Assembly (NCBI GenBank): GCA_000934665.2
Contig: KZ537966.1
Coordinates: forward strand, 1 to 64,000
Origin: Catajapyx aquilonaris
Taxonomy: Eukaryota
DNA: 64,000 bases
Direction of reading: 5' to 3'
Shown one piece after another: positions 35,101-50,100 of the stretch. Position numbers and translations under genes: made by a program. A model generated the notes under the pieces. The model did no database searches, had not been told where the DNA came from, and saw nothing but the letters and a program-made list of their open reading frames with translations. Each line of letters opens with the position of its first letter. Position 1 is the stretch's first letter.

Positions 35101-38100
35101 TCGCCCTTTACTGCTAATGTTTATTGCGATCTTTCCGTCCTGTCCATTCTTATCTCTCCCAGGCTCTTTTCTCCCGCATACTGATGGCACTACGCACTGA
35201 ACAAACTGGGAAACTACTCGGGCTTAGCTGACACAACATCAATCACTGCAAATGTTGCCTTTTTGTCATCAAAACCTCTGCGTTTGATACCGAAGACCTG
35301 CAGAAAATACACCCGTCTGCTAAGCACCCGGCGCTATTCCCGCGGAGGAAATATCGGCTAATTATGTAAAGTAACGATGGAGGGAGCCCCCCCCCCCCNC
35401 CCCCCCCCCCCTTCAAGAAGTGGGGATGCCAATTACAAGTTACTTGCGGGGGTACCCCCCCTCTTTTCCCATCCTGCACATGAAAAGAGGGGGGGCTTCG
35501 GGGACAATTAGAGCCAACTAATTCCGCCCTTTTATAGGCGGGTTAATGAAATTTGCCAGGCGGATCAACGTGCAGGGGAAATTAGCGTCATAGTTGGACA
35601 AATTAACTTCCACCCTGGCAGTACCATCAACTGAAGCCGTCCTCCCGTGTATGATGTGGTGACATCATCTTTTGGGTGTGTGTGTGTGCACGCTCACTTA
35701 GACACTATAAAAGAGCAGCAATTTCTCGTCCAGTCCTTCAGAACATCCTTGGGACACTTTTTAATGAACGATCCTGGTGACGAATCGTCAGGACTTATCT
35801 CAAATTGCAATAATGTTGGCGCCAGATGTTGGGCAATACCGGGCCAAGGAAGACGAATTACTCTATCATCGGAGAAATAATTAACCGCGAGCGCAATCAG
35901 TACCAGAGCCTCCGTCAATGAGACCTAATTTCGAGTTCCGACCAGATACATTTCATTTCTGATCTCGCCGGCAGCCATCCAGCACAAAGACAATTTCTGA
36001 AGGGGTAGGCCTAACTAGAAAAAAAAGGAGAAACAGGCATTTTTTCCCAGAAAAATTCCGTCCTCTGACATTCTTTCCATTTCCAAGCTCGGTTGGGCAC
36101 AAAAACCAATCCAGCAGAGCGGCTGAAATTTCAATCGGATCCTACCCCCCCACCCCCTGCACCATTACATCTCTCAGACATTTTTTTTTTTCTCCTTTTA
36201 ACATCTTCTCAAACGAAACCTCCTCGACTTTCAAATAAACGCGAGGAAATTTAATAATACCAGACATGTCATTTTTTGAGGGGGCGGTTTCAAACGCAGG
36301 CTCTTGAACTTGCAACATGCACATGGCGGAAATTTTAAAAGCCCAATCACAGGGTGTTTCATTACAAAGAAATCAATATCAAAACCCGAGGCCGTCTTGT
36401 AGATCCCAATCTGTCGCAGTAACTCCTGGACAAATGGAGTCTCCAGACACAAATCGCACCCGACTGGGTCACACAATAATAAACCTGCCGTAATTAAAAT
36501 CCAATCCCTTCCCCGTGAGTTACAGCAATCCTCACGGAATATACGTTGTTTTAATTTCCAATCGAGGCTACAATGGGACACGGAACTATGCAAAAAAAAA
36601 AAGAGAGAGAGAAGGTTGTCGAGTTACACGAAAGGGCCGGCACTTCTTGAACTACGTTGCGTGTTTGAACATAACTCAACCAGACGCGGATCGGATATCA
36701 TCCAGACGTCAGGTGACGTCCATAAACTTTGGCCTCTGTCAACTTGTAGGCAGATGTGTCCATGCTACCTTTTCCAGTGAAGACACCGATTTGAAGGATG
36801 AAAGAAATCATTTCTGTCCCTTTGGGGGCGTTTCCAGTCCTGATAATACCTGGTCGCTGGATGTCCAATATGGACAAACAAAAAATCCATCCGGCCAAAT
36901 TTCCCTCGAGACGGGTTCAATCGCTCCCGACAAGTAATGACCACCTGGGCCTGTATTAGTTGTTTGCGACCCAAAACGACCGCTATTAACGTCTTCGTAA
37001 TTGCTGGCATGTGCCCTGTTTTAATTACACCAAACAATGACTACATCCAGATCATTTGATGGTCTTTTCCTTTCCCCCTCCTAAAAAAAAGGCAAACAGT
37101 ACACTGTGCACATCGTTAAAGGCAATTTATCTTCAGACATTTTTTGTTTTTTTGCACAGGCACATTAGGCTGAGCGATAATTATTCGTAGTACACTTGCT
37201 TCCTCGAAACCCACGAAGGCCAGGCAGGCAGGGACGCACGAAGGCAAATTCACACGCGCCTAATCCCGCATACTAAAAAGAGACATCGTCACACAATGAA
37301 TAGGCTTTCCATTTAGAATCGATTAAGGCCCACGGATAGCTAGAGTTTGTCCGAAATTGACCTGTTTCTAAGCGACGGCTGACAGCCTGCAAAAATAGAT
37401 CACTCCTTGTCACAGAAAATGCCTGCAGCCACCTTCACGAATCAAACCAATCCGTTACACTGCTGAAGAAGAAGAAATCAGAAAAAAAAATGAAAGAAGG
37501 TGATTGCCTTGAGGCGCCTAAAATCAGATATTTCATTAGTGGGCAGTCCAGGCAATTCGTCTTCCATAAGCACGAAACATTTCGAGCCTACATATTGAAT
37601 GGGGTCATTCCGATCAGGCAATATTTGCAGTGGGCATAACAGCTCAGGTACAAGTCTTTAAACTCACGTAAATTCTGGTTTCAACTGCAAATATCGCGCT
37701 TCTGTTCGGCTTCAAAAAATAGAGTTTACACACATCCAGAGCTTTTCATCCAGACCACTCCTCTGTAATCCGGCGTTTCCAGATGAGAGGACTAAGCAGA
37801 CAGGAACTATCACTCCGGTTGGGTTGGCTATCACCTACATTTCGAGGCCTCTCGTCCAGTTGTTTCTACATGGCTGCTCACACAAGCCCTCCGGACCATT
37901 TGTCATAAGAACAGATGTCAAGTTCTACTTGTTGCGCACATAATCACCAGAGGGAAAAGGACTGCCCATTTCTTTCGCCTATTAATCCGGAACTCTATAT
38001 AGAGAGAGCCTGGGGGGAAAAAAAGCCGGAACCTGCACAATGGTCCAGATCATTCCGCAGATGGTCCTCATTTCTTACATCCCACAATCGATCCTTGGAC

Positions 38101-41100
38101 ACGGTTCATTCTCCATCCTCACCTCTTGAAACTTTCTTTTTTTTCCCCCTCTGAGCAAATGCTTAAAAAAGGCGACTTTTGTAACTCTCTCAGGGCAAGG
38201 ACATTTCCAGGATTTCCTTATTTTGGGGACCTAGGAATTGCGTGCAGGGCATTTTCGCCAACTTCATGCCCTTCATGAAGCCTCCCCCGAACTGCAAAAG
38301 TTGGCCAGATTAAGCAACCTAATGACGGAAGTCTGCTGCAAGTTTTTTTTCCCTCAACCTGCGCTAAGAGAACTGAATACATCTTCTAACTTTGTACCCA
38401 GATAAAGGGACGGAAAACGGCCGAAAAATTCTTCAAAATTTTCACTCGAGGCCTGGTATATCCTGGCCAAAAAAAAAAAAAATAGGAGGCAAGTTTGTCC
38501 CTAGAGAAAGTGCCCTTTTTTCCGGATCGAGGAATTAATCGGACGTGCTTGTGCCGGTTGGATTTTACGAGGGGCATCTTTCTCTCCTTCCCTATTACTT
38601 TCTTTTCACGGTTCTTCCTTTAATGAATGCTTTGCCCTTTTTTTCCGCTTCCACCGCCATTACCGATCTCTACGACACGCTTGGGGTGAGGTCAGACAGC
38701 CTTCCCATAAAAATGGAAATTAGCTCCCCTTTTATGATCGACAGGACGAAAAATATTAGCCAGGCTAAGCCTTGGAAATATGGCCCCCACAGGGACCAGT
38801 AGTAAGCATCCAGCAGCACCTCATTATAAAAGCCTCCCACCATTTTCTTAATGCCCGGTCTTTCTTCTGGATGGACTCGATAAGGTCTTCCCAACCATTA
38901 CTAAACTGGAAGGCTGCTGTGGAAATAAAAACTGGCATTAACCCCGAAAAAATAAATGCGCTGGACAACTCTTGCTGAAATTTATAATAAGTATACTGCA
39001 CAGGATGGATCTGACTGACCTTGTTTTTTTCCATTTACAAACTTTCTTTGCAGCGAAAAAAAGTTGTTTGGTAATGAATACGGATGAGTTTTGCTTCCAA
39101 AAAAGAAAATCTCTCTGCTTATTGGGTCTAATAAGCTCAAATGGCCTTTTGCAATTTTAGCGCTTTAAGGCTCGCATTAGGCTGATGAAAGGCCATAATT
39201 CTTCCGAATTGGCAAACATCGGGGGATGAAGCCCATTTCTGCCGGCCACATGAATTTTGATCCCATTGCAACTGGGGGCTACCACACCTGCAATCCAGGG
39301 TGTCAAAAAGCATAAAACTGCACTCTCTCTCCATGGAAAATTCCCACCTCACTCATTTCACTGATTTTTTTTTTTTGCCTCACATGTGCTTACTTTTTCT
39401 CCCTCGCTTTCCAAGCACTCAATCATTTCCTTCCATGATATTACTCAGAACGCAATTTTTTTTGCTGAACAGCTTAATCAGGCTATTACATCGTTTGTCA
39501 ATAAGCGTGTTTCCTTGTTAACCCAAATGCCTGATGTTTTTTTTTTCTTTTTCTTTTTACATTTGATGAAATGAGGGGTCTGATATTTTTAAAAAACCGC
39601 CAAGTCCACTGAAAAAACTGGTCGTAAAATGAGACAAAACTGATGATTGCTTAACTTCCACTGGTGCAATCTTGAAACTTTTTACGTCCATTGGCGCAGA
39701 TCAGCTACATACGCGATTGTGCAGTTAATATCCAATAACATTAATTGCTGCACGTATTTGTGTTACACCCCCAAAAGTGGACATGGCTATTTTTTTTTCT
39801 CTGTCACCTCAAATGAAGAACTAACACAAGTAAAGTGTCTAGGCATATCTGGGTTAGGGTCCACAGGCCACTCGCAAGTTGTTCAGGATATATTGTATAC
39901 AGAGCAATAATAGTGCAAGAATCGAATGGAGTTTTCGTGCACCATGTAAACATGTGTGTCACGCACGCCGCATCAAAACCCATCTTCGTCACAGCCATTA
40001 CGTCCGTGGTCGGTGGAAGCAAAACATCGTTTCGGCCAATAGCGGAAACAGATTTCCTTGACGTTTCCTGGCGTTGTTGTGCTGACAAAGCCTCCACTCT
40101 AGAAACCGGGGGGGTCTCGGGGCAAAAGCAAGCCATCGGGGGGCAAGTGGAGCATGCCCCATGGCGCCTGCTGCAAGGACGCTCTCTTGTTGTTGTCTGC
40201 CTCTATCTCTCTCCTGCCTTTCCAACCCCTACGGCCAAAAACTCCCAAGTTGGCACTCACCAAGTCCTGATCGCGGGCCAAGATTACGTCAACCGTGCTG
40301 ACCGTATACACGACGACTCCATCTTGCTAATCGCACGAGCCTTTTTTTTCCCTCTCTCCACCAAGAAATGACACGGCCATCGCATGTGTAAGCTTTGCAC
40401 TGTAATCATAGTCGGCCCGCTTTTGCGATGCTCGTTTAATAATTCCTTTAGCGAGGGAGTTTCGACCCAGGCAGGCATGGGCAACGTACAGTTAACAAAT
40501 ACATCGTCAGGAACCAGGCAATTACTACCCTCCCAACCACCCACCCTTTTCATATAGAATTGTCGGCCAAAAATGGACATAATATGTACACCTGTGATTA
40601 ATTCTCCACATGAAATCAAATTATTTAAGTCACTACCACGCACTGCTTTGGACGTCTTCCAACAACCGTACCAGTGGATTTTACGAGCCACCGTGCACCA
40701 CCCTTTCGTAACCGAACTCCGCCATCAAATATTTCCAAACCCTAGCTCTTTGCCCCTGCAGGTAATCTAAAAAGACGGGCGCACCAGAGAAGGACCACCC
40801 GCAGCCGAGCCAGACTAATTAGATTCTCGGCCTTGTTTGCGGGGCTAGTTAGAGGTATTTAATTCCCAAAGTCAACTTCTACCCCCTCCGGATTAACGAA
40901 ACTGGATAACTTTCTCGTCTAATGTCCTCCCACGCCCCTCAAATTTTAACCCTCACCGAAAAAAAACAACTACTAACTTTTGTCCCCCATCTGATTTATC
41001 ACCTACTAATACACGGTTACTCTTGTTAGTCTGGTGGTCTCCACCACTTGAAGACGAATTGCCCGCATGATTTGACAATCGAATAAAACTGTCCAAAATT

Positions 41101-44100
41101 GCGTTCATCCATCCCCTCGTGTGGTGGGGGCCAGTGTCATTGATTGCGGCGTGGAATTGTCGCGATGTGAGAGAGCCAGAGAGAGCAGCTGAAAGGGATA
41201 CCGTGTAATTCCAGACGTGTAAATCATGGCCGGAGGGCTTCAAAATTGGATCCAATGTGCAAAAACCTGCAGGTTAATCGGAGGGAATGCTGACTGCCGA
41301 GTGGGGAGCCTTAACGGTAATTACCGATACCTCCCTCTTTTTCCGAACGAAATTGCGGGCCGGACTAGCCCCTTGATCTATTTTCGATTTGGGGCAACAT
41401 CTCGCTTGGCAAACTGTAATTGCGCTGTATACATAAGCCCAAACCCTGAGTGTCTTTTCCTGTAACGGCTTGGGGTTTCCCTAAAGACATGAAGCGCGCT
41501 TAAAATTGGGGCATTCGTTCAGCCCATGTATAGGGACACATGGCAAATGAAGCCAACGGCGTCTCTGGAAGAGCATTTTTCATCCCCTGCGCGACCAATT
41601 AACCCCCATCCAGCCATTCAGCCAACGAACGGTCCAGCAGCTTGTACTCTCTCTCTTTTTTTCTCTCTGAACCTGGTGCCGCCTGCCACCCGAATATAAT
41701 TATAGAGCCCGGTTCGCCATTATTACAAGAACAAGCGGTATCCTTGCTTGGCTGCAGTAAATTTTTTCAAATACAAATTCTGCCACTAAAGTTTGCTTAT
41801 CATCCTGCCCCCTTTTTCTTCGTATAACGGTGGTCTCAACACCACTTGGCATGTCCTGCCTCATGAAATTAAGCTGGGGTATTGCAAAAAGAAAAAAGAA
41901 AAAAAGGAACGCAGCGTGTAATTGCAATCCCCTTATTACTTCGCGTTTAACCTGCTGATGTGCATTCAGTCCAAAGCATGTACTGTACACGAATGTTCAT
42001 CAGGATGATTACGTAAAAGCAATGCGTTCAGCTTCAAGTGTAAAGGGTCACTCTGTATAATATATACAACTGACATTCACCAGTTGTACAGTAGCTGTTG
42101 TTTGCTATAGTCCATGCTGTAACAGAAGTTTTGTTCCTCCTGTCAATTCCGTAGCAGAACAGTTGTAATCTTGCAAAGTACCTGCATAGCCGTCGCAATA
42201 AAAACGATCTTACGAGCTGACTGCCTCAGATATATCCTCCTCTATTTTTCTTTCCTTCAAAGAATATAATAAAAGCACCATTTCTGAATACTTTCAGTTC
42301 AAGCTACAAGGATGTACCAAGCATAACCTATATAGTGAAACGACGCCATCACCAGAGGCGCCACTGGTCCGATCGTGCGGACCGGAAGCCAAGACAATCG
42401 GCGGAAACACCGTTAGGAATGGCCTGTAACACGACCTGAGCATACAGGTAGAGAATGTCGAGAGTGTTCCGGAGAGGTGTAACAAAGCCCGGGCCCCTGT
42501 GTTTGCTCGGATGGTGGCGGAAGGAAGCGAGGAGATGGCAAGGAAGAGGGTTAAATGGGGCAGCGAAGCCCGCATGCTGCTGCCCCCCCCCCCCCCACCC
42601 CCTTTCAGATACCTCCCTACTGCCACCTCCTCCTCCCCTGCTGTTCTGCATCGGGGAACAGTCAGAGGCTTGGAACATGTGGAGCATGAACGTGCGAGTC
42701 CCAGGATGGCAAATTGCTCCACTTGCAATATGGGTCCCACAAATTTGCCCAACTGTCTCCTTCCTACGCGACTGTGCCGCCATCACCGCCACCTGATAAA
42801 CTAATCACGCGGGGTGCTGCTGCAGCCCTGGAGCCCTGGACTCTCCGGAGGTGGAAGAAATAACAATGTCATTTTTCAAACGAATCGGCGTGTTTGTCGA
42901 GATCCCCTGGATATTAGCGGACCGTGTTTAATGGGTCTCGGACTCACAGGATAGAAGAGAGAAAAAAAAATGCATAGATTGTGATTAGTGTGTGGCCATT
43001 TCTCTAGCTCTAAAAAAAAAGGATATACGTATGTGAAAGCGGGATTACGAGCCACATTTACAATGCACACATGATTACCGGATGACCATCGATCTAACCA
43101 TGTCCATTTCAACGATTGAATTACCAATGGAGCCGATCCTAACTATAAATTTGTATTTATTTAGAGGATTAAAAATTAATCCGTTCTATCTCCCCAAAAA
43201 GCAGCTTCATCGCTCGCCAAATATCAGCCTTGGGAGTCCGAATAAGCAGTTGAGCTAATATCCATACCCGGTTTATTAATGAGCGAACCGCAGAGTGCCC
43301 CAGCCCTGCCAACTGGTCGATCGCCAATTCCAATGGCCCTCTATTTGCTCAAATTTCCACTTTTTTGCACAAAACATGCTGCGGTATGAGGGTGAGGGGG
43401 GGGGTGCATTTAATCCTCATTTTTTTTTTGTTACCACACCCCCTTTTTTGTGCCGGGCACAAACCGCAGGAATTCCAAGTTGTTCCCAAAAATTATACAC
43501 CCATAACCGTTCCGGCTGCCACGCAGTTGAGAAGCTATCCATGTACTTTCCCCAGCTGGGACCCCCAAGCTTAGTTGCCCAAAGCCCTCAGCTCATTTAT
43601 TCACCTGTGCACATGAACAAGCCGCCTAAAAAAAACCGCCAGGCCATAAATTATTTGTCAGGCACCTCAGTGGTCATCAGTATTTATCTCAGGTCCACTG
43701 GCCTACAATAAAATGAGGAGCAAAGAGGAAAGTAGGAGACTGTCTACTTCGATTTCCAGAAGGCTGGTCATGGCCGGAGCTAATGTATACTTGCTGGAAG
43801 CCCTGCTCCGCTCGATAGATTTCAAGGGGAGAGGACCAAAACTGGGCAGTACACCAACCCCACTATATACACACTATCTCCATGCTACGCTCTTCTCTAA
43901 TTCACTATCCTAATTACATTACTTTTGTCATTATCGGCCATGGATTATTTACTACACTCTGAACAGAGCCCGGGTTTATACAAGGCATAATATATAACTA
44001 ATAAACTAGCGCGCATTATCCCGTACACAGCCTCATTCCGCCCAAAACATGTCATTACATAATTAATATGTGGAGAAATCAATAAAATATGCCGTAATGA

Positions 44101-47100
44101 GAGTACATTTATGGCAACTTTATATTTGGAAATAAATAGGGAATCGCCCAGTTATATCATGAGCATGTAATGGGGGCTCTCGTCATGATGGGCTAAAACA
44201 TGCCAAACACTTCTCTTAAAAACTCCCATCACGACCTGATAATGGTGTAAAAATCAGATCGACCTTTCTGCTGTAATAACTATATACGATAACACACACT
44301 GGCATAAAATGCATACTGAACAAGCCTGCTTGTTGGTAAAATAGGCTGTCAGGGATTGGAGAATCAATGTCCAATAATAACAAAGCAATAAGCGAATCAG
44401 CGAGCAGAGGGGCTTATTTTATTTTCGGCACTGCACAGACAACAAGCCAACAATCATTAAAATTTAACCTGAAACAGAGCCCACATGCAATGACTGATAT
44501 CGGCCATCAGTCGCGTGTACTCAGTGTCAATACCGGTACACTACAGTACCTTACATTTTCCACTAAATTACAGGCGCGCATAACTTTCAGTACAAAGAAA
44601 CTCGAATCAATAAAATCATTTACAAAAAAAATGTGCAAATAAAATCAAGCCACCATTCTTACCCTTCCGGCCCTGCACCGACGGGACAAGACATTTCATC
44701 AATATGCAGTTCCTGGCTCAGTACAATACCAAATGAACAAGTTGGTCCCACAGCTCAAGGTCAATTAGTACCACTAACCGTGGGGATCGAAGCGAAATAA
44801 AACGAGTGTGTGTGTGTTTTTTTGCCCCTCCTGCTCTAAATGACATGCTTGAACTGGCACAGTATCCAAACTGATACGATTCCCATTGGAAATGTTATTC
44901 CTGAGACAGATGTGCAGGGGGGATGGGTCGGAGGGCAGGGGGCGGGGGGTGAATTTGAAAGCGGCATTTCAGGTGGGACTAGCAAGAGTTTTGCGAGTGG
45001 CAAGGACAGCCAAAACGGCCTGAATTTCAGCAAATCTCGGCCGCCAGGCACGACCTTGCTTCCGTACAAAGTTTTTTTTTTTTAAAAAAAAAGGGGGGGC
45101 ATAAAAAATCCGAGCCGGATCGATGCTCACCTATACAAACGATCCACTCTCACACCCCCCTGTAGGAACAGCAAGTTCAAAACACGACGGAAATTCCTAT
45201 GCATTTTTCAATGTGTTTGCCGACACGGCCCAATAATGACGGCTAAAAGCTAGTCAAACGGCTGCTACAGCGATAACCGTTTTTTTCCCCTCTGTCTATT
45301 CGTTTATGTACAGTACATTGACAAGTTGGAAGCCTTACATCCGATACACAGCGACATTTTTTTTCCGGATAAATTCGTCCAATTGCGTTGTGACAACAAC
45401 CAGAAATCTTGACTGTTTCTTCGGAGGGGGAAGGGGGGTCTCCACCCAAATTAAGGAAAACTGAATCGATCGGTTGGTCCTTTTATCTCAGTCTCGGAAA
45501 CTTTTCCCCCTCTAGTTAAATTTTTTTTCCCCTTTCTTCTTCTTTTTTTAACTGCACGAAATCCATTTATCTCCCCCTCAGAGTTAACCATTAAATTTCA
45601 CAAATGAAACCAATTTCCTCAAAAGTTTCCCACTTGTTAGAAAATTCATAGGATAATCAGCAGCACTGCCTCAGAGTGCAAAATATTACCACCCAAGAAA
45701 AACTTGACTCCGAGAATATGGGAAGGAGATATCACTGGGTGTGTCCCGGACAGCTATTCTTAGAACACCTGCCATTCCCATATCAATTCGAGTAAAAATA
45801 TTCGGAATGAAAAATTAGGTGCTTTGAATATACATGTACAATGGATCTGAACAGAAGTCACACACTCAGTATTCTTTTGAGCACTTTTGAGCTGTTTCAG
45901 CCATGTAACATTAGTAGGAAAAAAGCTTATTTACATCACCAAGGAAAGGTGAGCTCTCGGTATAAGATTACTCATGCGGCAGACTATAGCTAAGCTGTGT
46001 GTTCAAAGACTAACCGGAAAAAGCGTAGTGTTTATTCTGTCTGTGAAATTAAGCTGACATGTAGCGTAATGGCCCAAAATGCGTGCTAATGCGTCGCGTT
46101 CCGCAAAACAACATTGTGCTCTGTATCGGAGGGAGAAAAAAAATATATGCGTAATTTAGGCAGCATAAAAAGAACTCCATGTGACGGAACAATACTGATG
46201 ATACTGTACTTATTACATGTCGTTTTAGCGTTCGGATGAACATATAAATTACCAACAGTTAAATGAAAAATATTTTGTGAACAAGCTTAAAATATCAAAA
46301 TCATTATTGAACAGTGATTCGCCTAACATTGTGCTACATTATGTAAACCTCTTAGTTTCCTTGTCTTTGTTAATGTAATCGCATTTAAAAAATTTGTTTT
46401 GTTCGCCATTTGTGTTCCTTGCTCTCTGGTGCAGCAGCCCAAACGCAGCCTATACTTTTTTTCAAACAAAAATCTACGATTACCGCAGTTCCCAAATTCC
46501 CACCGCACACACGTACAAAAGCGTTGATTGTTGGCGATGCCTTGGTGACTTGTAGTGCCCTTGTCTGCTGTAATGCCCCTGGTTGGTCCAATAAACACCC
46601 AGGCGATCCGCACGTTGATACCGACATCTCGCATCCGGTAATAACCCTTGCCGGTCATACTCTGTAATCCGGAGCAACATATTTGATCCCTCCGATCCAA
46701 CAAGGCCCGTGATTTAGAGGCAACAACACGGTAGATTGCACCAATCCTGTGTTATTAAAGCCAGCCCATACTTTCAGTCCAGAAAAAAAAAAGAGCTGAG
46801 CACACCGATTTGCATCTTTAAAGCGCGCGTAAAACAATGCAGGCCCCGGATGACAAGGGATTGTCCTGCATTTTTGTGCCCCCATCGTGCCCTAATCCAG
46901 AGGACAGGGTCGCTCTGGAAATTAATTGTCGTTTCTGTAAGCACTTGGGACATTTTAACGGTGGTTGGGGGGGGGGGCACGTGGTTGCGGAAAAGGCAAA
47001 GGCAGCATCCGGCTCGTTTCCAGGGAAAATTGGATATTAATTGCGTTCGCAAGTACACTGGGGGGCTTACGGCGCTAGGTGTTAATTATGACGCTCCCCA

Positions 47101-50100
47101 AGCGCTGGCTTTGCGTCCGATGCTTAATTACGCAGGGTGCTTACAATCAAATTGCAAAAATAAACCGCCAAGGAGGCATAAAAGCAGGATGGACTCCCAT
47201 GATGTTGCCTTGATCAACAATCAGGGCCACTTTGCAGCTTCAGAAGGAATGGAAAGACAGTTCTCAAAAGTCGAGTAGCAAAAAAAAAAAAAAAATTTAT
47301 ATGCATGGAAACTATTGCATCACTGAGGTCATTTTGCAGATATATAAGCAGACCTACACTTCCAAGTACCTAGCCAGAAAAAATATGAAATGTTCAAAGT
47401 GCATTGCAGTCTGAAATGCCATGTATGCCACATGAGTGACGCACATCTGCCATACATGTTTATAGAATTATGATAGGCTATAATACTACGAACTTTTGCG
47501 TTTCATAAAAGTGCTTTGAAATATGCTCTTTGTGCATTTATTTTGCACGCTACAGATCACAAAATCAGAATTTTCCAGGTTTAACAACTGGCGGGCGATA
47601 ATTTTTATGAGCTTCACAAGAACTTTCCTATTCTTATTAAAGTTTTGTGGGCTCCCTTTGACAGCCATGGCAGAACTAAAATCCAGAAGTATAAACAAAA
47701 CTGTTTCCTCTTTACCGCTTTCAAACACACACCGTATTGTTTTATCCACTGTTTCATCAAGTAATAATGGAGCCATTAAAATTTACCTTCAAACGGGATT
47801 TCATTACCATCATCCACTCTCGCAAAATGGTTCATCTGATAACATGTTATTTGCATGTAATCCAAAGTTGGTTTATCCCTATTGAATTTTAAGTATGAAT
47901 GTTGTTAATAGGGACATACCGGAATTGCATTAAATTTTCATTCCACGCGCATGACAAAAAGGACGCCTATACATTGCAATAAACTTGGCTGAACACACCA
48001 GCATTTTTTTCCCCTACAGCACCACTGTAACCGCATTTTTGCGCGTGCAAAAAAAACTATGGGATGCACACGGTGCAATAGGATGCAACTTGTGCATATT
48101 GCTGTCGCCTAACATCAAGAGCGGTCGCATCAAGGCCCGACCTCAATTCGGCTGCAAATTGGCATATTTGGGAGTGGTTTCCACTAGTTCTGCCATGAGC
48201 TGGCTGGAGCGTCATTCGACCAGCGTTACCTGCTTCAATTCTTACATCCCCCCTGTGAAAACTACAACACTTGCGCCCCAGTCCTAGTTGCCCTAGTTGG
48301 CCAATGAAATGCTGAACAAACTTTCGCACAATGGCGGTATAGAGCCGCCCCTCTCGGACATTAACGGATTCATTTTGAAGCAAAATCGGGAGAGCACAGT
48401 TCCTACCGCAATTCCCCGGAAATTAACATATTATATGTACTCCCAAGGCATCAGGTTGACAATGTTCTCTCTTTAAAGCTAACCCCGATTGTTTTTCCCG
48501 CACAGTTTTTGTTTGCCTGCAATGTAGTGCTGACAATAATTCTCCGAAACAACCTTAGTTTGACTGGCTAGGGGGGGCAGAGCAAACGGCCGAGTGGGGG
48601 GTGAGTTTCCACATACAAGATGATTAATTTTGTCAACCAGCCTTTAAATCCTACGTGCCATGATGGCGGCAGAGCAAACAATCGCAACCCCCAATTCCGG
48701 TTGACAAATGCTCATTTCGCCTCCAAATTAAATCGAAACCGATGAGGTTTGCCGTTTAGTAGTGCAAACGTGGTGGCTGGGGGGTTACAGAGTTGCGGTG
48801 AACCGAGGCTCGGGGGACCATGTCCGAAGAGTGCTTTTTCGGGGGGTGTGCTTCCAAGACTGTCAGTGGAGATGCAACCGTCCTCTCGAGCAAAAACAAG
48901 CCGTCACCACAGACCCATTATCCTAACAAATGGCCATCATAACTTTCCCCCGGGTTGCCATCTCGCCGATAAGGAGCAGCGGGCTAGAATCGAAACGGCC
49001 TGATGACTCCAATCTTTCCTGCCTTTGTCCTCCTGCTCCAAATGAGTGGCCTTGCCAAAGAAGCCTTCTGCTACCCTTAGAGCACCTACCTATCACTTGA
49101 AGAACTCCGGCCATACAAAAAAAATAATTTCCACCCCATTATTTAAATAGAAAGTGCCAGACTTACAGTGTAAACATTTTCTGAACCGCACAGCTTCAGG
49201 CAACTTGAAAGTTACCTTGATGAATATTCCATCTGCAGGTTATTCCGATCCACAAAACCAGAAGGAAGTTGGCTTAGAAAATTCTTTCACTTTATTCACA
49301 CTTGCCTTGTGTGCGGGTTTTCCCTCCCACTCGAGACCTTTGCTAATGCGGGCCAAAACCCAGACAGTTTCTTGGGATGTCTGTTGCACTCTTTGGGGAG
49401 TGGGGGGCAAAAGATAGTTAGCCCGCACTTTTGTTCCGAGTGGAAAGCGTGGAATCCGGAGTGACACTTTGGTAGGGTAGACACGGCCTGTTGCACTTGA
49501 CGTGGCGGAAAGCAAGGATTTTGTGCGCCGCAAAATCAGGCCGGGAGTTGGCAGTAGACGCAGGTAATTAGGCCTCCCCATGACTAAAAGGGGCTTAATA
49601 CATCCGAAGTTAATTACAGGGCGTGTTTTTGCTCGCAGTAGTCCCCGGCTCAGCTCTTGCTATTCCAGAGATTCATCAGGGCTGCGATCGCCTCAGTCTT
49701 GTTAGTCTTTGGGAAAATCAAACAGACTTTGTCTGCTGAAAAGACGACGCTCCCCCCCACTTCAAAATCCTCGGCTTCTTGACACAATGTTCCAACCTTC
49801 AAACCCTGAATGTGTAATCCCGGTTGCGCACTCGTTGCCTTTTAACCACCTGTAATGGCGGTCCGTGTTTCGAGTCCCTACTGCTTTTCATCTGCTTCCA
49901 CGCCAATTTAGTCAGGCTCCCAAGCCTATTAGTTATGACGCCTGCGTGAGACATGTGGCAACAGAAGCCAAATGGAAGCCAGGAGCCAAAACATAAGAAA
50001 ATTCAATTCACGGTTGTAGCCCACATCCAGCTGGAATCCATGACCTTAATTCCGAATCCCTGAACCGCAGAAGTGAGGACTCTTTGATGTTGCTTTCCAA

